Counted from the whole stretch's first letter, positions 24,701-43,380 are shown. The stretch is 63,240 bases of DNA, filler included, from 7 parts of 7 records of this genome joined end to end with filler, not necessarily neighbours in it; one strand, 5' to 3'. Numbers and translations are program-made. The notes: generated by a model from the letters alone, not told the origin.

Positions 24701-26037
24701 CCGCACGCCGATCGACACTGTGCCAGACTGCGCCGCAGAAATGAAACAAAGAGCGCGCACTCCCCCCTGGCGCCAATCAATTTCCAGAGACCTATAACGC
24801 AAATATATTTTTTCTAGTAACGTGACGTCAAATCTCCCCTTTGCAACGAGACCTAGTATCGATTTTATCCGAGAAGGAGCGGCGTAGCCCCATCTGCCAA
24901 CCTAGTTCTTGACAGTGCTTTGCCTGCCTGCCGTGCTGGGAGGCCGAGAGCAGCTCGAACCAACTCGCTTTTCTACTGCGCGTCGTCCTGGTGCTGCAAG
25001 CGCACTAGATCCGCGCAGCGGTGCTAAGGAAGCAAATGTACGTTTCCCGGACATGTAGTATAGTCATTATGCCTGAACAAGCTGCCGTGAATTATGTTTT
25101 GTGCTTGAACGATGTGTGGTTCTTTCTCAGGAGAGTTCGCTGTGCGGGGAAGCGCGCAGATCGTTTTGTGCTGACCGACTGCCCGCGCGAGTAGACAAAG
25201 CTCTGGGTATCGAAGCTCCACACCACGCCCTTGCGCACGCGCTCTTGTCCTTCGCCGTTCCTGCTGCTCCCCTTTACCCCTTGCACTTACCGCAAAAGCA
25301 GTGCTCTCTATACCATGCATACATAATGCGCGTTTGGTGCTCGGGTGCATGGAATCTCTCCTATTGGCTCGCTAGCTGTCTTGCGTACCACAGTGGAGGC
25401 GTGCGCCGCACAAGGCGCAACTTGCCGCGGACGCGCACGCCACGTGCGGCGTTGCACTGCAGCTGCCTGGCCTGCGCGCTTTTCCCCACTTTCTTTCTCT
25501 TCTCCCTCTCTCTCCAGCGTAGCTTAACAATGTGACGCGCAAAATTCTGATTCTTCGTTTTCGCAGTAGATTATTTTTTCCTTTTCATGCAATCCTCGTC
25601 AGTCCTCTCGTCACACTCGCGTGCCGGCGTGCTTTGCCAGCGACAGCCGACGTCGCGGCGTTGCTGCTTGCGCTGCGTCGGTGTTTCTGCGCCAAGTGCC
25701 GCTTCTCCATGACGCGGAAGCCTCTTGGCTGCGGCTACCGTCTGTGGCGCGCGCTTGCGTTGCACATTCCAGCATGCCAGAGTCCAGGATGAGCAGACAT
25801 GCCCCATTCATCATAGTGTAGTCCATGTATTTTACTTTACGCGCAGTAGTGAGCGGCAGACGGATCTTTTCTGCGCTTGCGCGTTCCTGGCGCGTGCGTG
25901 CCGTGCGCGTGGCAAGAGTGGCCGCGTATCGTTGGCCCTTGGCCGCTCCGGCGGGGGACCCCAGCACGCTGCAAGTCCTGCGGCTTACACCCACCGTTGC
26001 GTTCGATATGGGCCGACGCCGGGGCGCGGCGGTGCAG

Positions 26038-30511
<4,474 letters not shown>

Positions 30512-30925
30512 CGCGGCGGAGCTTTCTCGTTGCGGCGCCGTGCGCGAACGGCGCTGGGACCAGCGCGTGCCTCTCTGGCGTGGACGGAGCCGAGCGCGCG
30601 CCGCGCGGGTCCAGGACGCGCCACATTGTGTTTCAATACAACCCGCTGCCCCTTACCCACGACTCGAGCACCATTTGTATCAGTGTGATGCGCTGCACCT
30701 CTCGCTCCGCACTTCCACATGCAGCCCGCCTTGGCGCCGCGTGTGCTACTGCTGAGCGGCTGCTGCGGCCTCGGGCGCGCGGCGCGTGTGTCGTCCGAGC
30801 GCCGTGTGCACAGTGTCCCTCGTCTAGAGCCCTAGCTAGAGAGCGCAAGCGAGCTCCCCGCGCGCTGCGCGCCGGAAGCCTCGCCGCTGCAGCGCGCCCA
30901 GAAGCCAGGAAGGGCACCTTGCGCG

Positions 30926-32993
30926 ATGGCGGCGGGGCTTCCTTTGCGGGCCCATGTTCTCGTGCTGTGTGGATCGGCGAGCGACGTTACGACTGTTCCA
31001 GCGCTCTTGGCCGAAATGGGATGCGGCATGCTTGCCACCGTTCCTGAGCACGCAGCGAAAGGTGCGTCGCGGCGGTGCGACTTTCCCATGCGTGCGTCTC
31101 TGCCTCCTGCCTGCCGCGTTGCACGATTACCACGGGTTGTGGGGGAGTTGCTTTGGACATTGACGGAGTACCTGCAGTTCCAAGACTGGACATCGACATT
31201 GGAGTTTTGTTATCGATGGAGGATAATTTTATGTACAGCATGCATTCACTCACATCGTCGGTCATTCGCTGCGTGCTCGTGCTGGAACGAACTCCAGGCG
31301 CCGCGCCGAGTTGCGCTGCGAAAACGATTCGCTGCCTTCTGGATGGTGAAGACTGTGCCGAGGTGCGCTTCGTATCGTTTCTCCCCTCCTTCACAATAGA
31401 AATAGCACTTGTGCGATACAGTTGCCGTTGAGTTTCTCGTGTGGGCACTTGTGGTCAGGATGGCTGCGAGCGCTCTGCACGAAGTAGTTCAGGTGCGCAA
31501 GCTGCGCGCTCGCGCACATGGGCGGTTTCGAGCCCTTCGCTCTGCGCTGCGTGCGTGGCGTAGGACCGCAGCATCTCCCTTCTTACGCCTGCTCCACGCA
31601 TTTGTATTCGGTTTGATTGTTTGATACAGAAATCGTGCGATTCATCGCTGTGGGATCGCCTTGCGAATACGTACGTTTGCGCGACCGCGGAGCTTTGCGG
31701 CGTGCTCTCGTTGTAGCTGCACTACCTCGCTGTACGCGGAAGCGGGAGCGGGCGGGAAGCGGTGATGCGAGTCAGCTGCGATATATGATGTGCATCAAGT
31801 CTCTTAATCGTATCCAGTGTTGCCGTTTCTTTCATGCCTGAGTGCGACGCGCGTCTTTCCTTGCTTCCTCCGGGCGTTTCCTTCTGACTGGCGGTACAGG
31901 TTCAACGGGCTCAGCGTGCAGTTCAAGTTCCACGCGAGCGAGTACGCCACCGCAATCGAAGAGCAGCTTCCGGGCTGCAGTCGTGTGCCACAACACCAAA
32001 CAGACGCATGCTCGGACATTTTGATTGAGACAGTCGATGGATGTGACCACAATGCACTGATGCGAGTGGTCGCTGGAGCGGAGCGCGCGCGTACTGTACT
32101 AGTGGCTGTAGCAGTGTGCTCTGCAGCTGAGAACCCCGTTTCGGCACGCGACGACCATCCGTTGCGGCCTTTACAGTCTAGTGTACCGGAAGACTGCAAG
32201 AACGCTGCGTACGTTTGACCTGACAAACTAAGACCGCGAAAAAAAAATATGCGCGTGGCACTACGAAGGTGCCATGGCAGGCAGCTGGAGTCTGCACAAA
32301 GATATAGAGGACTGGCGGAGCAGAATCGCCGGGTGCTTGGTCTAGGTAGCAGCAGCACTTTGTCAGCTCGCGCAGTCCTTTTGTTCTCGGGGCTCAGTCA
32401 ATGCTTTCTTCGTGGGAGATTCATCTGCGTTGCACGGGACCTTATTTACGCATGCCGTTTTCTGTTCTTTCTGCGCGCGGTAGATTGCGTTTTAGCGTGC
32501 CGGTGATGTACGCGCACGAATTCCTTGTGAGACGAGACGACTCCTGCGAACTTTCGGTTCCGCATATGCTCGCGCACGGAACACTGGGAAGTATCGCAGC
32601 GGAACGATTCCTCCCCGACCTTGCTTTTCTGATTGGTAAAGCGAATAAGTATGGGGCGTAGCGATCGGTCAGCTCTTCTACGCCACCGAACTTTCCGACA
32701 TTCTTGCTCTGTATTCATACATGTCCATAGCAACGACGTGCCCGTCGGCATCACCCAGAATCCAGCACACGCTGGCAGCTGCGCACCTATTGCGCAACCG
32801 GGCAAAAATTTACACGTGACAATGCCCGCCGTTTCATCAAACGGCGATAGATGTGATGTATATCAAAAAAACAAAGGATGAATAGCCGTGTGGCGCCAGC
32901 TAAGATGCAGATTTTTCTTTCGCAGCACCAGTCTCAGCAGCCTCTGCCTTGGGGCGCCCCGGCGCAACCCCTTCACTTTCCAGCACGTTATAA
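30926..32993 (+). CDS. Probable spliced gene of unknown function
   Basis: ATG at 30926 and a series of exon-like blocks bounded by this organism's typical gtgcgt/gtacgt donors and YAG acceptors (about 30926-31061, 31178-31363, 31900-32208, 32497-32635). Not all phases could be reconciled and no family was recognised. Confidence 0.3.
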
Positions 32994-33138
32994 GCATTGT
33001 CCACCTGCGAGGGAGAGGGCGTCGAAGCACAGCGAACAGGTTTGCTAAGCAACAATTAAAATGATGTACACAGATGCGCTAAACAGCGTCACAGGACGGA
33101 ATTTCTCTCTACCATACCCAGATTCCGAATCCCGAGCG

Positions 33139-33238
33139 NNNNNNNNNNNNNNNNNNNNNNNNNNNNNNNNNNNNNNNNNNNNTTAATTAATTAANNNNNN
33201 NNNNNNNNNNNNNNNNNNNNNNNNNNNNNNNNNNNNNN
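33139..33238. other. Artificial contig linker
   Basis: N44-TTAATTAATTAA-N44. Confidence 0.99.
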
Positions 33239-33264
33239 CTCTCTCTCTCTCTCTCTCTCTCTCT
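33239..33264. repeat. (CT)13 microsatellite at contig edge
   Basis: Direct reading; probably the reason the assembly broke here. Confidence 0.95.
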
Positions 33265-33423
33265 GTATATCGAGCCACCCAGCGCACCCGCGGAAGTCCA
33301 CCCGCGTCTGTATTCTCAGGAGAAATAGCTTATGCTATTTTTGTACCATTGCACCATGAACTTGCTACTTTGATAAAGTATACTCTCCAAATTGTATCGA
33401 TGTTGGTCGATCTGATAATGCAG

Positions 33424-34295
33424 ATGCGGGAACACCTCGAATCCGTATGCGATCCACAAGATCTCAAAGAGTTTGTCTGTCGCGCATTTTTGCGGGGCTC
33501 TGCAAACCAAGCACCCGATCACGCCGTAAGTTTTATCAACTGGATTGATCCAGAGGGATTGTGTATTCCTTCAATCATAGTAATTTTGTGTCGCTCAGGC
33601 TCGGTGCTTGAGCCTTGCTCAGTGGCCGCTGCGATTGCAGACCCTCTTGGGAGCTGCCGTTGCGCACTGCGACAGCCGCGGCGACGCTGCCTGCAATCAT
33701 CGTCTCTCGGATCTGCTGATTACGTTTCCTTTTGCTGCCGTAAAAATGATTTAGGAGGTACTGGATATGCCACGTGCCTTGGATATTGTAAAAAGGTGCA
33801 ATTATATTTCTCTATTTGTGGATATATGCGGTACAAGACGCGGAGCTGTGACGCGGAAGGTCGCAGAGCAGGTGCGTCAACTTCCCGCACAAAGAGGGGT
33901 GCGCACTGTAGAGATTTTATGAGTAAACGCGGCTCGCTTCGAACCGGAAGCGACTGATAGGATATGTACTGAAGAATGTGGAAAATGCAGATCCTATCTT
34001 TATCTATTCAGCTCGTACCATGCGAAATTCGATTCTGGCTCCACAGGCTATTCAGGAACTCACCAGAAGCAGAGTAGCCGCGCATCCGCTAGCCCGCGCA
34101 ACACTAGCGGCGGTGCTCGAGGCGTGCGGGGCGCACGATGCTGCGATCGCATCGTACGAATGCCTCATTGATGACCGAGAAACTCCCGAGGCGCTGCGCG
34201 CAATCTGCGGCTGGAATGAAGCGCACGCACTTCTCCATACTACGGAAAGGCCGGAAATTGCGCGAGAAGTCTTGGCACGCAGCTTGACGTTTTAA
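33424..34295 (+). CDS. 3' exons of a TPR protein, possibly a divergent TFIIIC Tfc4/GTF3C3
   Basis: Last exon ..ARATLAAVLEACGAHDAAIASYECLI..LRAICGWNEAHALLH..EIAREVLARSLTF* has two TPR-like helical pairs, and its terminus resembles the Tfc4 C-terminus as I recall it. The 5' part is missing. Confidence 0.45.
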
Positions 34296-34705
34296 ATACA
34301 CGTTTGCGCGGGAGGGGCAGAAACTGCGCAGGTGCGTCGACGCCGTTGCGTATCTTCGCCGTGCCTGTTTGTCGCGCTGGACGGCAGCGGCTTGGCGCAC
34401 GCGTGCGTGTCGTAGCCATGATATGGAGGATGCTACTGCAGAGAAATGGTGAGCTGCTGCATCACATAGTTTGCCTTTCCCCGCCTGTCCACCAGCTTGA
34501 GGGGCGCGCAGTTGCGGCTCTGTGGGGGCTACGTGAAGCCGCAAAGCACCGTTCTCAACAGCGGAAACTGCTGTAAAGCAGGAGGCTAAAAAAATATCCC
34601 ACCCGCAGCACGCCGCGGGAAGGCCACAGCACGCGCAACCGGAAACGAGCTCGAAGCACTTGGCGGTGCGCTGTGCACATTCTCGCAGCCCTTGCAAGTG
34701 CTGCG

Positions 34706-37700
34706 ATGGAGTGCGTTGCATTTGGAAGCAACGACGCGGGCCAGCTGGTGGATGATGAGTGTGCTGTGGTGTGGCCGCCGGCTCCTCTCGCGCTCCCAGT
34801 GCGCGTTGCGCAGGTTCGACTCGCCGCTGCAGGCGCGCACAGTAGCGGTGTCCGAGTACAATTGGTACATGGCTTGCTCCCGAGACGCTCGTCCTGGCGC
34901 TCACCAAGAGTCCTCCAGCATGCAGAGGAAGCATCTTGCGTTTTCTGTGGCCGGTTTCTGATTGTATTGGTCTCTTCTTTGTACAATTGCTCGGGGAGTC
35001 ACGCGCTGCTGGCGAGTTCCAATCGAATGCACAACTGCGGTTCGTAGCTCTCTGCGCAGTTGCACCCCACCAACGCTTCGCCCCAGAGCCTGGCTGAAAG
35101 TGGCCGTGAACGGCGCTAGTGCAACGGTGCAGACGTAACGTCTGCGTCAATGCAGTGTATTTTCGTGAATGCTACATCATTAGCACGAGGTGTGACTCTC
35201 AACGGTGCGGGGTGTTTGCAGCTCCTGGCATGCTACGCAGCTGCTAATATCGTGCGCAACGCGCTGCTTTTGCGGAAGCGCAGGTCGCGTGCGGGCTTGG
35301 GCACACCTGCGCCGTTTCAGCTGGAGGCGAGGTATTTGCGCGTGGGGACAACGCCAGTGGCCAATGCGGGCTGGTAGATAGCAAGCAGATTCGAATATGG
35401 ACCAGAGTACACGCTTTGGAAGCACAAACTATCTCTCGTATTTCGTGCGGCGAGGCGCACACAGTTGCGGTAACAACAAGCGGCGCGGTGTACTCGTGGG
35501 GAAGGTGCGCGTTTCTGGACCTTCCGATGGCGCACACAAACACGATAGCGCAGCGGGATCCGTATGCTTCGGAGCTTGCTCCAGCTCACGATTTCACTAT
35601 ATTTCGTTACCTTCTGTGATTCGTATGTGGGTTTTTGGCGCTAGCTCCGAATTTGGACAGTGTGGACACGGCGCATTGCATACTGGAGTGGTCAACCACC
35701 CGCGGTCTGTGGTCCTGGCGCAGCTGCTGCACGGCGACGTCGCTGTTGGCGTCGCGTGTGGGGCGCGGCACACGCTGATTACCACTCGCGCCGGCGCCTT
35801 GATCGCCTTTGGCGACAACTCTCATGGCCAGTGTGGAGTTGCTAGTGCCGGTGCGATGTTTTCTACGCAGCCCAGTACAAGCTCTTCATCAGAAACGAGC
35901 ACTGGACAAACCGCACCGAGCAGCTGCTTCTTGCCGCAGCGTGTCTCGGCGTTGTGGGGCGAGCCCGTCGAGGAAGCCAGAGCCGGCGAGCACCACACGG
36001 TCGTGCGCACAGCGCTCGGCGACGCGTTCGCGTTTGGGCTCAACAAGGTGCGTCGATCAACTCAGCAGTATGATGTCGCGTCAATCACGGTTTTTGTACA
36101 CGAATCACTGCAATTGCTATCGCGCATGTCCGTGACCGCGTGCGAAGAATGAAGTGCTGCCAACCGCGAGCCTCTACCAGTACGTCGCGCCACACGCTCC
36201 CTGGTTGCTGTGGTGCAGGGGGAAAGGCCATGGTCCCTGTGAATCTGTACACGTCGGCGAATCACAATGATGTTCCGATTATTCATGTATCCAGTATTTA
36301 TGTGCGTTACAAACAGCTGCCTTCTGGTTTTTCGTGCTGCTGTCGCGCGCTTTCTTACAGCATGGCCAGTGCGGACTGGGGCGACAGGCGGGAAACATTG
36401 TCCGCCTTCCGCGGCTTGTTCCACTCGCCGATGTGTGTGGCATCGCATGCGGCGCTGACCATTCGCTCTTCATCACTCAGGCAGGCAAACTGTTTTCTTG
36501 CGGATCCAACCACGAGGGTGCGGTTTTGGGACTTGGCCCGTCTATGCGAGACAATAAAAGCGTGTTTCGGCCTCGTGAAGTCGAGCTTGGTGAACGCGGC
36601 GTCGTTGCGTGTGCCGCTGGCACCATGCACTCAGTAGGTACGTTGGCAGTATAGCACGCAGTTTGGGCTCGTTTTGTGCAATTTTATTCAGTACTTATTA
36701 CGATTGGTGTGTCGGATAGCAAGCATCCATTCTGTCGTGGTGCTCGGCATGCGAATATTGCCCTTGTACGAGCGACGCGCAAAGGATCTTCGATCCGTTG
36801 ACTGCATCCGCGATCAGTGTGGCTGCGAATACGTGCGGTCGCTCCGCTGCAGCACGCCGTGTCGCTTCGGTATTACTTTCCTTGAGTAGGTGCAACGTTG
36901 AGAAGTGATGATGGAACATGGAATTTTCGTTTTCTTTTCCGTGTCGCATAGTCCCGGATTCGTAGCCTACGCCTGTTTGCTGCGTGCTCGTGCGGCTGCG
37001 AAGCGATGCCAGTGCCGTGCCCATCACCATGCCACGATACGCAGCAGTGGACACGTGATTCACAACGACTGGCAGGGCAAGCAAGACGATTTATCTTGGG
37101 TTTGTTCAAATGACACATCGTTGACGTGTTGCTAGTACGGAATTGTCGTCCGTGTCCGTACCGCCAGCGATATTTGCTTCTTCTTTTAATTTTTATTTTT
37201 TTATTCCATGCGTTTTGCGCCGTCGCGCAGTGGTTGCCGCCGATAACTCGGTATGGGGATGGGGAGTTTCTTCGGGCGGGCAAATCGATGGATCAACGGA
37301 AGGATCTATTTCCAGCCCACAGCAGATTGCTGTGGGCGGATTAGAAGTACAGGATGTCAACGCCGGATTCTGGCAGACTGTTCTTTCTCGTGGGAAGCCC
37401 GTCGTGGCGCGTCATGTTGCAATGATTGATGTTCAGCGGGCTGAGAAGGATTTAGCTGCAGGAGTATTGACCGGTGATCAGATCGAGTCGGTGTTTTCTT
37501 GGCCAGGAAGCATCGCCGCTTCATTTGGACGGTATGTGGGGCATATGCTGTATTTTCTTCCACAATAATGACACCTTCGCACTCTAGAAAGCTGCAACAT
37601 GTCGTATTATCATGCACGAAAACGCGTATTTGCATTCCGGCAGATGGGGACGCTCCAGCACTGATTTTCCCTGCGCTTATCGCTCGGGGCTTAGTTCGCT

Positions 37701-40700
37701 GCACTCCCACCACAGCTGCACGGAAGACTCACTGTAATACCGCGTCAGTAATGGTTGCGTACTGATCTTCAACGCGCGTTGTTCCCGTCGATAAACGTTA
37801 TCTTCTCGGTCTTTTTAGAACGGGGAACAAACTCACGACTCGCCGGGTTTTTTTTTTTGTTTGTTTGTTTCCGCGTCGTGTTTCACGCCACAGAGGGCAG
37901 TCCGCAGGAAATGACGGCAGCCCCCCGCGTTCCTCGCCGTGCTGCCCTCTCGATCCACAGCGAGTGGAAGAATGCACAAAAGCTATTTTGAATACGTACG
38001 ATACGGACACAATTGCCGCTATGCGGACTGGTCTGGGTACGGTTGCTTGGGCTTTCCGTGTCTTGGGTTGCGCGAGGGCAGGAAGTAGCAAAGCGGACTG
38101 GAGCGCCCTGGGTCGCCCATTCATCCATCATCATGCAATAGCGGCGCTGCGCGAGAGGGTAACATGCGCAGGAACTGCTCTGCATACTGATCATGATTGA
38201 TCAGAAAAGAATCGCTCATGAGTCGAATGAAAGATTCTTGGATTTAAGAATCATGGGCCACAGTTTCGCAATTGTGTTCTTGAGTGCTGACCAACGCTCG
38301 CGCGACATGTGCCTCCTGTGCGCTGCAGGACGATTGGTCGCGCACGTGGAGCCGGCGCCGTCCGATGCCGACCCCGCACATGTCGGTGCTCTGCGCGTCC
38401 TCTTGGCTGCACTCCAGAACCCGGTTTTGTCCGATTACCGACTTGGCGGGCGATTGCTTGTACGAGTTTGTACTGGCCTGCTAGCCCAGTCGCGAGAAAC
38501 GCTGCGCGCTTTTATCCACAGTATCGCTTCTTATCCGCCTGACATTTTCGCTGCCCGCTTGGTGGGCGTGTGTCAGGCGTTCCTGTCTGCGCACTTGGAA
38601 GCCGTGGGCGCTGTCGACGACGAAGTCATTCGTGTGGTGAAGGTGTGTACTCCATGTGGCACTGGCATCACGACCCCTGTTCATTCTCGTTTGCTCTCAG
38701 CCTGCAGTACTTCTCGTGGCGATGCGCACTGTTCAGCCCGGGCCGCTTTCGAGCGTGCTCTGGGTGCACATGAGAATCTTTCCGTAACGAGAGTGACGAT
38801 TCGCAGTGCAGCAAAACGCACCTAGTATCGAAGTGCCCAGTATGTTGCGGAAATATCCGTATATTTGGCGGAGCTCACTTAGGAAGCTCCCTGCCGCTCC
38901 TCCTCCTACCCTCAGAATCGGGCTGCCATTTTACTTTATTTTTTTGGCGGTACACGGAATGTCCTGTGCACGTGCTAGGTACTCTCGATGCTGCACGCTG
39001 CCAACGAACTTGGAGGTATAATACCAATCAGCAAGTTCTACAACGAGTTCGTATCCACTCGCCTCGACTTGTCTGGCGACTACATGCACTGGCGACAGGC
39101 GCAAGCGGCCGGCGCTAGCGGAGATCATTTGTTCTCCTTCTGTCGACATGCGTTCTTGCTGACTCCTGAAGCAAAAGCCGCTATTCTTCATCTTGAGGCA
39201 GCGATGCACATGCGCGAAAGTGTTGTGTATGATATGCTGATGCAGCACGCTGGTGGTGCTGCAGGAGAGCACAGCCGCGTCCTTGTTCCCAACAAAGGCG
39301 TTGCAGGGAGCGATCTTCCTGCGCTGATAAGTTCGCCTTATCTCGTTTTGCAAGTTCGACGCGATCATCTCCTCCAAGATGCGCTGAACGACATTGCGCG
39401 CCAGCCGCTCCAAAATCTTCGGAAGCCGCTGCGTGTCATCTTCCGAGGTGAAGAGGGTGTCGATGAAGGCGGAGTGCAGAAAGAATTTTTCCAGCTTCTC
39501 GTGCAAGAAATGCTGCGCGAAGAATACGGTGTGTTTGCATCGGCGTCCTAAACACTTTATTAGCCAGAATCCTGTTTTTCTTACGCAGATCTCACCATTG
39601 GGTGTATGGTAAGGGTGAGCGATGCAGAATTATGGTCTCGTTCGCTGTGATGTGGCTGCTGGTCCGAAACATGAAACGGTGCTGCACCTCTGGTGGTGGG
39701 TTGCGGGAGACGAGAACGCAGAATCAAGGAGCGATCCTCTCCGACACGGAGAGCGCGATGCCAGAGGTTTCACGCGCTGTGCCATCGTTCGCATAATTGT
39801 TCGCCAACGCGAAGTTGTGGTTGTTTCTGGCGCGCCCTTTTGTGTGCATCGAGCTTGCATGCGATCACTGCTGCGCTGCGCAACTGCGCACGGGCTCGTC
39901 TCTATTTCTGAGCGTCTGACTTACCTGTGCTGTTGCTACTGTTGCGTTCTGGTGATGTGGCGGCTTCCAGGAATGTTTGTACACGATACAAAAACGCGAC
40001 TACTCTGGTTTGACCAGCGATCACTCGAAGAGCCCCTCATGTTTCAACTGGTCGGCATTGTGTTAGGGCTTGCTATTTACAATGGAGTGATCTTGGACGT
40101 TCGATTCCCTCTCGTCGTCTACCGGAAACTACTCGGCGCCCAGCGCATGACCCTACAAGATCTCGAGACTGTTGCACCTGATACCGCAGAAGGACTGCGC
40201 AAACTGCTTGCGTTTGATGGCGATGTGCGTACTGCTTTCCTTGTGTGTCGCATTCGTTGCAACATTCTGTTCTCGCTGCGCCATCGCTTCCGTGCGAACG
40301 ACACTGCTGTTGAGCGTGATTGTCCTTTCGCTATATCATGCGCTTTTCAAGAACACCAGCGCTGCGTCGCGAGCATGGAGCTCCACTGCTTCTTCGCAAG
40401 GAAGCGAGCACTGCTGCCCGATGTTGCAGCCGCTGTTGCCGTGACTCGAGTGGCAAATGCTGCAGTATTGGGAATTTTCTACAACATGCGAATCTACAGC
40501 GCCGCACATGAAAACATAGTTACTGGCGCACGTATGTTTGTGTGTGTACGCGCGCAAAGAAGAAAGCCATGCACTTGTGCCCTGGAGCCAATACTTTCTC
40601 ACGAGTTCGCTGGAAATGTAATGAAATGGTGCTCCTGGAGTTCCACAGAAGGGTTGCCGAGCCATTTCATATCTTACAAATTATGCATTCTTTAACACGG

Positions 40701-42823
40701 TGCGCCCCTTCACATCCGGAATATATGCCGCGATCGCAGGTAGAGAACACGTTTGCGCTTACGTTTGAGGCGTCTGTCGATGTGTTTGGCGATGTGCGCA
40801 CAGTCGAGCTGGTGCCGGGGGGCTCTCAGACCCCAGTCACTGCCTCTAATCGTGAAGAATATGTGCAACAGTATGTGAACCATTTACTGAATTCGTCGAT
40901 CGCAGCGCAGTTTACTCCGTTTTGCGCTGGGTTCCGGCTCCTTTGCGATGGGCCAGCGATGTCGCTTTTCCGACCCGAGGAGCTCGAACAGCTCGTGTGT
41001 GGACTTCCGCATTTGGGTTCGTTTCGCGCACTTTCACTTCCTGAGTGAAGAGTGGAGCACGGACAAGGACATAGCATTTGCGTCAGGCAGTGATCCGCAT
41101 TTTCCACTAGGTCGTGGAGCAGCCTTCGTCTACTGTGGCTCTAATTCGTGTCGTGAGGGACTGCTTCATCTCTGTTCCTTTCACGCGCTCGCCGGGAAGT
41201 TGGGTTCGCTGCGGCGAATGCTCACGCTGCCATACGAATCGTTAGGTTCAGTTCGTCATCCTTTCCTCTGCGGGACATGGGTTTAGGAAAGACTCTATAA
41301 TTTGTCTACTGAATCTGTGCAATCCTTTTCTTGTCGGCACTGGCCTTTGTCGCGGAAGATCCAAGGAGAGAGTGTGGCTGTGTGCGTCCCCGTTTCGCTC
41401 GGAGCGTAGTTGTGCTCGTGCTGCTGCTGCGGAGGGAGGCGTAGTGAAACAACGCTCCCTCCTCCCCCTCCGCGTCTTTCTTTTATTATCCTCTTGACTT
41501 TGAAGCTACATCATTAAATCCTCGTTTACCGGTTTCCCGCTCTCCGGTAGCCCGCGATCAGTGGTATTTTTTTACCATAGCTGTAAGAAAATGGAGCGAA
41601 GCGCCTTTCTTCGTTGAGAAACGCGTCCGAATGCAAGTCGCCCCTGCGCCGGACGTTGTCTCATAGGGTTTTGTGCCCACTTGGTTCTGCGGTCCTGGTG
41701 CCTTTGCGTTTGCTGCTGCAGATATGTATGCTTTAGAGGACCACACAACATACGACGGGGACCTCACAAAAGACAGTGACTGCGTGAAATGGTTGTGGGA
41801 GACCGTACACTCAATGTCGGTGGATGAAAAAAAGCGATTCTTGAGTTTTGTCACAGGAAACGATCGCGTTCCCATAGGCGAGTTTTTCCGAGCATGTGGC
41901 AAGTGTACAACGATTCACCGAAGAGCACTGGGAGTGAGGAGTACTACAATGAGAACACAATCGCCGCCCGATCTCGAAATGCTGGTGTGGTTGTGCTGTG
42001 CGCTTCTACTTCTCACCCACTGCTCTCTTGCGCGTGACGCAGCGATGACTCCCTCCTTGTACTATCTCTATAGGGCCCTTTTGGATTCTCTGCCCTGGCG
42101 CACACGCCTCTTGCGCTCCACTCATTTTCTCCTTTTCTTACTACCCCTGCCAATCACTGTTGTCGAGAATAGACAACGCCACCTTGGCACAGCCGAGGAT
42201 GTGTGTTTACCTCGTGTGCTCCGGGATCATGACCGGCTGTCGTTCTGCCTTGCTGGGCTCCGCGATTCCGTGTACAGGAGGACTCGGAAAACTCAAGTTC
42301 ACCATACAAGGAAACGGACCTGATACGGACAGGTACTTTGTAAGACAAGATGGCGCTTGCCTTTTCTCCATCACTGCGCCGCAGAGCGTATTTGTTTCGC
42401 TCGTGTCTTGTTTGGGGAAACGTGGCAATAGTTGCATGCACTGACCTGGGTTGTGGCCGTTTTGAAGAACATCTGTTTACCTTTGATTTTCTCTGTAGCA
42501 GGTCTCATCCTTGTCAGAATGCTCCACAATAACGCACCGTGTTACCCGCTGCCTCCCTTAGAAGCGTTCGAGTATGTGTATGCCGTTACACTCTCAATGC
42601 ACCCACGCTCTCGTCGGGATTTCCTTGCGACATCTCGTTTGCATCGCACGGCTGAATGCGCCTGAATGCACTCCTTTCGTGCTCCTCGTTTCCCTGTGCC
42701 AGACTCCCCACTGCCCATACGTGCTTCAATACGCTCCTTCTTCCCGCGTATTCCTCGCCGGAGCGCGTCCGAGAAAAGCTGCTGACGGCCATCGAAAATG
42801 CGAGGGGATTTGGAATGAAGTAA
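34706..42823 (+). CDS. RCC1-repeat + HECT E3 ubiquitin ligase (small-HERC/HERC4-like), multi-exon
   Basis: RCC1 repeats ([52 protein letters not shown]); HECT domain [70 protein letters not shown], catalytic [19 protein letters not shown] (TAA 42821-42823). Confidence 0.93.
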
Positions 42824-43380
42824 AAATTGATAGTGCTAACAGAAATGAGGGTAATAGAAAGTTTGCAGTGCTGAGGAGCGCTGTCGCTTATTAAGCTCGC
42901 GTTTCTTGTCCGAAGAAGTGCCTTTTTTTCGCTTGAGCCAACAGTTGATGCCGTATGGCTTATGTGCGGAATAAAATCACCGAGGTTTAGGAGACTACCA
43001 TACGCAGAAAGTGCACTGCCTCTGTTTCCTATTTGATTGTTTCATCGTTACACGCCTTCTCCTTCGCGTAGCGATGTCGTGCAAGCAAGAGCGCGATACA
43101 GCGGGCATTTGTGCGGTAGACCCGCTAGAAATTCTCGCACTCACGCGAGCGCACAACAGACATTTGACTCTTCGACGATGCTCGCTCGCTTGCGTAGCAC
43201 TAGCAAGGGAAAAGAATTGTCAGCATTTACTTACTTGTAGTAGCAGTCAAAGAAGGTATCATGGCAGATGGACAAGTCCGCATCACCCAACACAGCAAGC
43301 GCACTTTCGCCCTTCCCAGCGGTCTCTGTTATCCTTTCCTGCGCCGCAAGCAGGTGCGCGCACCGTCTGGAAAGGGGTGG

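Noticed and set aside
21734-25900. Possible spliced gene(s) upstream of SRP54
   Set aside because: Some splice-like signals and open blocks exist, but I found no consistent exon chain, strand or recognisable domain; left uncalled.
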